Part shown: positions 60,779 to 64,000 of the stretch, piece after piece
How positions within the stretch are numbered: position 1 is the stretch's first letter
Layout: every line of letters starts with the position of its first letter
Assembly (NCBI GenBank): GCA_018830005.1
Contig: JAHJTE010000001.1
Location: 321,332-385,331, forward strand
Direction of reading: 5' to 3'
DNA length: 64,000 bases
From: Candidatus Omnitrophota bacterium
GTDB lineage: Bacteria > Omnitrophota > Gorgyraeia > JAHJTE01
Notes under the pieces: generated by a model
The model's input: the letters and a program-made list of their open reading frames with translations, nothing else
Database searches by the model: none
Told to the model about the DNA's origin: nothing
Translations under genes and position numbers: made by a program

Positions 60779-60925
60779 TGACCAGAAAAGATTTAAGTGG
60801 TAAGTTCCTTACCTACGGAGGGTTAGGGAAATACGCTTTAACGATTCCCCGCCCTGCAGAAATTGAATGATTTCCATAGGACTAGCCTTGCGAAATGCAG
60901 AGGATTTCATAGGGCGCCTCCACTA
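60779..60925 (+). repeat. 147-bp att-like repeat, copy B (ends in interrupted tmRNA 3' end)
   Basis: CGATTCCCCGC-[hairpin doublet 60851-60915]-GCGCCTCCACTA; homologous to 55611-55757. Confidence 0.9.
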
Positions 60926-60976
60926 CTTAGAAAAATATAGACATCCCATTTAATTTTAGAATTTCAAGGAGAGGAT

Positions 60977-61927
60977 ATGTTTAGAGAAAAGATTAAGGTA
61001 TTGGATTGTACTATTCGTGACGGCGGTCTTATCAATAGCCATACTTTCGAACATCGTTTTGTCCGAGCGGTATATAAGGCAATCTCTCAGGCAGGCGTAG
61101 ATTATATGGAGATTGGTTACAAGAACTCCAAGGAGCTCTTTTCAACTGATGAATACGGGCTTTGGAAGTTCTGTGATGATGATGAAATACGCAAAGTAAT
61201 CGAAGGTATAGAATCACAGACCAAAATTTCAGTCATGGTGGATGTTGGTCGCGTTAACATCCAAGACATAAGACCAGCTTCTGAAAGCCCAGTGGATATG
61301 ATACGGACTGCTGCCTATGTTAAAGATGTGGATAAGGCTATATTTATGGTAAATCATTTCGAAAAGAAGGGTTACGAGACAACGATTAATATCATGGCTA
61401 TTTCGCGGGATCAAGGAGCAGAGTTAGATGGAGCGTTTCGCCAGATTGAAAAAGAGAGCAATGTTAAAGTAGTCTATATTGTAGATAGTTTTGGTCATCT
61501 CTATCAGGAGACCGTTGAGGAGTTAGTAAAACGCGCTAAAGGAATTATCAAGTCAAAGGAAATAGGCTTTCATGGTCATAATCACCAACAGCTGGCATTT
61601 GGTAATACAATCGAGGCAATTATTCACGATGCAAACTATCTAGACGGCACAGTTTATGGAATAGGTCGGGCAGCAGGAAATTGTCCTTTGGAACTCTTGA
61701 TAGGCTTCTTGAAAAACCCGAAATTTGATATACGCCCAATTTTAGATTTGATTTCAGATGAGTTTATCCCGTTAAGAGAAAAAATTGAATGGGGCTACAT
61801 AATTCCTTATGCGATTTCAGGAATGATGAATGAGCATCCTAAGGCTGCTATGGCATTACGAAAGACTGATAAGAAGGAAGATTATCGTGAATTTTACGAG
61901 AGCCTTCTTAGCATAGGTTTAGAATAA
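60977..61927 (+). CDS. HMGL-like/DRE-TIM aldolase (4-hydroxy-2-oxovalerate aldolase-like)
   Basis: LDCTIRDGG, EIG, DSFG, GFHGHN, GRAAGN. Confidence 0.8.
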   Translation: MFREKIKVLDCTIRDGGLINSHTFEHRFVRAVYKAISQAGVDYMEIGYKNSKELFSTDEYGLWKFCDDDEIRKVIEGIESQTKISVMVDVGRVNIQDIRPASESPVDMIRTAAYVKDVDKAIFMVNHFEKKGYETTINIMAISRDQGAELDGAFRQIEKESNVKVVYIVDSFGHLYQETVEELVKRAKGIIKSKEIGFHGHNHQQLAFGNTIEAIIHDANYLDGTVYGIGRAAGNCPLELLIGFLKNPKFDIRPILDLISDEFIPLREKIEWGYIIPYAISGMMNEHPKAAMALRKTDKKEDYREFYESLLSIGLE

Positions 61928-61928
61928 T

Positions 61929-62588
61929 ATGGATATAGATAGATTCAAAGAGCTGCCGATTATGGGTATATTAAGAGGTGTTAAGGCAGGTATTATACAG
62001 CCTCTTGCTGAAACAGTTATATCAGCAGGCTTAAAGACCATAGAGATAGCCATGAATAGCCCTGATGCAGCAGAATTGATTAAGCTTTTAAAAGATACAG
62101 CGAAAGAGCGTCTAATAATAGGGGCAGGTACAGTCTTGACAATGCATGACTTACATAAGGCATTGGATTCTGGGGCAACGTTTATTGTTATGCCTACGTT
62201 AGTAGCGGCTGTTTGCGAGTATTGTACAAAAAATAAGATTCCTGTATTTCCAGGAGCATTGACTCCACAGGAGATATATAATGCCTGGAATGCTGGGGCT
62301 ACTATGGTTAAGATATTTCCAGCTAAACTTTTCGGACCAGCTTACATCAAAGAATTAAAAGGACCCTTGCCGCAAATTGAACTTCTTGCATGCGGCGGTG
62401 TTGGCCCTGAAAACATTCAATCATTTTTTTCCAGTGGTGCATCTGCAGTTGCCTTTGGGAGTAGTTTATTCAGGAAGGATTGGCTTAGCAAGCGTGATTT
62501 TTCAAGTATTGAAAAAAACTTAAAAGCACTAATTGCCGCATTTAGGGACAAATCCAGACAAGAGCCCCATTTAATTCGGAAGATATGA
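61929..62588 (+). CDS. eda: KDPG/KHG aldolase family
   Basis: GILRG, GAGTV, PGALTP, VKIFPA, GGV. Confidence 0.82.
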   Translation: MDIDRFKELPIMGILRGVKAGIIQPLAETVISAGLKTIEIAMNSPDAAELIKLLKDTAKERLIIGAGTVLTMHDLHKALDSGATFIVMPTLVAAVCEYCTKNKIPVFPGALTPQEIYNAWNAGATMVKIFPAKLFGPAYIKELKGPLPQIELLACGGVGPENIQSFFSSGASAVAFGSSLFRKDWLSKRDFSSIEKNLKALIAAFRDKSRQEPHLIRKI

Positions 62589-62944
62589 ATAAAATAAATA
62601 AATATTTCCTGTTTTCGGTTTCTTGCGCGTTGCTTCTTGTTTTTCTATCTGGTTGTGCAAGAGTATCCGTGAAAGAGCCGAATAAGATTTATAATTTCCA
62701 AGATGCAGGTTATTATGCGCTTGAAACGCTTTGTGAGTTAAATAACATTAGTTGGTCCTGGGATTATCTAACAGAGGTGGCAACGCTTAAGAGAAGAGCG
62801 CATCTGGTAAAGATCAGGCTAGAAAGTGAGCTAGCCCTTTTGGATGATAAGCCCATAGATCTTGGAAAGCCAGTAATAATGAGAGATTCAAGGCTTTTAG
62901 TCCCTGTAAGTTTTAAGACATTAATTATTGATAGGCTTTTCTAA
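62585..62944 (+). CDS. Small lipoprotein (copper-amine-oxidase-N/stalk-like domain)
   Basis: Lipobox LSGC after hydrophobic stretch; C-terminal LLVPVSF pattern. Confidence 0.6.
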   Translation: MNKINKYFLFSVSCALLLVFLSGCARVSVKEPNKIYNFQDAGYYALETLCELNNISWSWDYLTEVATLKRRAHLVKIRLESELALLDDKPIDLGKPVIMRDSRLLVPVSFKTLIIDRLF

Positions 62945-62953
62945 AGGTAAATT

Positions 62954-63754
62954 ATGGATAAACGACCCATAGGAGTTTTTGATTCAGGAGTAGGTGGTCT
63001 GACTGTTGTGCGGGAATTGTTAAAAAATTTGCCAAATGAACGCATAGTTTATTTTGGCGACACAGCCCGTGTTCCTTATGGTACAAAGTCAAAAAAGGCA
63101 ATTGTCACATTTTCTCTTGAGAATGCCCTTTTTCTTCTTAAAAAGAAGGTAAAGTTAATTGTTGTTGCTTGTAATACATCTTCTAGTTTAGCCCTTTCTG
63201 CGCTAAAGAAACATTTTCATATTCCGATAATCGGCGTTATTGATCCTGCGGTTGAGCAGGCCCTAAGACTAACAAGGTCTGGGCGCATTGGTGTGATTGG
63301 TACACGCGCAACAATTGAAAGTAAGGTTTACGAAAAGAAGATACATCGCTTAAACCGCAAGATGAAGGTGTATAGCAAGGCCTGCTCGCTTTTTGTCCCT
63401 TTTGTTGAGGAAGGATGTTTGAATAATAGTGCCATTTCTAAAATTGCCAGTATGTATTTAAAAGACTTTAAAGAAAGAAAAATAGATACATTAATTTTAG
63501 GTTGCACTCATTATCCACTGTTAAAGGAAGTGATTGCTAATTTTTTTGACAAGGATGTCATTCTTATTGATTCAGGTTTACCCATTGCCTTGGAGGTAAA
63601 GGAGATGTTAATAAGGCTTAAGTTAGCTGCGCCTCTAGCACGTAAGCGACCAAGGCCAATATTTTTTGTAAGTGATGAACCAGCCAGATTTAAAATTCTT
63701 GGCAGAAAATTTTTAAAAAATCAGATAAATAAGGTGGCGATTGCAAATCGATGA
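62954..63754 (+). CDS. murI: Glutamate racemase
   Basis: FDSGVGG, PYG, ACNT, LGCTHY. Confidence 0.96.
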   Translation: MDKRPIGVFDSGVGGLTVVRELLKNLPNERIVYFGDTARVPYGTKSKKAIVTFSLENALFLLKKKVKLIVVACNTSSSLALSALKKHFHIPIIGVIDPAVEQALRLTRSGRIGVIGTRATIESKVYEKKIHRLNRKMKVYSKACSLFVPFVEEGCLNNSAISKIASMYLKDFKERKIDTLILGCTHYPLLKEVIANFFDKDVILIDSGLPIALEVKEMLIRLKLAAPLARKRPRPIFFVSDEPARFKILGRKFLKNQINKVAIANR

Positions 63755-64000
63755 AATTTGAGATTTCTGTTATTGATTATTTTAGCGCTGCTCACAACCT
63801 AAGGCAATATCAGGGTAAGTGTGAGAATATACATGGCCATAATTTTAAAGTAAAGATTACCTTAGGGGCAAATAGCCTTGATAAGACAGGTATGGTTTAT
63901 GATTTTCATTATGTTAAGGAGGTGCTCAAGAAGACATTAAAAGTTCTTGACCACTCTCATTTAAATAAATTGCCCTATTTTGGACGAGTGAATCCTACTT
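63751..64000 (+). CDS. queD: 6-carboxytetrahydropterin synthase, 3'-truncated by window
   Basis: Not in the ORF track; MKFEISVIDYFSAAHNLRQYQGKCENIHGHN, LDHSHLN, NPT; ATGA overlap with the murI stop. Confidence 0.9.
   Translation, partial: MKFEISVIDYFSAAHNLRQYQGKCENIHGHNFKVKITLGANSLDKTGMVYDFHYVKEVLKKTLKVLDHSHLNKLPYFGRVNPT

Larger units (their letters stand above)
55758..60925. mobile_element. tmRNA-integrated cargo segment 2 (no integrase): MscS/pgmB/GH65/GT4
   Basis: Flanked by the two 147-bp repeats; left end shares TTTTTA, TTAGGA and TTTGTGCC layout with the sequence after tmRNA. Confidence 0.65.

Overview
AT-rich bacterial chromosome segment from an LPS-producing diderm. Gene content and order suggest a PVC-superphylum organism such as Ca. 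Omnitrophota; this is inference only. Positions 1-54.3 kb are dense housekeeping genes, almost all on the + strand: topA(3' part)-xerC, a Kdo/lipid A/LPS-core cluster with two gene fusions and a decayed GT9 gene, lptB, tig-clpP, lysS, lolCE-lolD, ilvE, a Firmicute-like block mcsA-mcsB-clpC-(mlaEFD)-radA-PIN/TRAM-ispDF-cysE-cysS-tmk-holB-PSP1-metG-tatD, then mtnA-thiL-tsaE-tsaB-alr, comF-lptF-lptG (- strand), pyrE, a Maf-M48 fusion, tRNA-Leu(CAG), smpB and tmRNA. The most striking region lies just downstream of tmRNA (54.77-60.93 kb). Two integrase-less cargo segments (0.9 kb and 5.1 kb) each end in a 147-bp gap-free repeat (113/147 identical by manual count). Each repeat terminates in a displaced copy of the tmRNA 3' end, and both copies are interrupted at the same nucleotide by a 65-bp REP-doublet-like hairpin element. 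The larger cargo is a probable compatible-solute module (MscS, beta-PGM, GH65, GT4). All calls come from reading the sequence and translations; no database searches were run.
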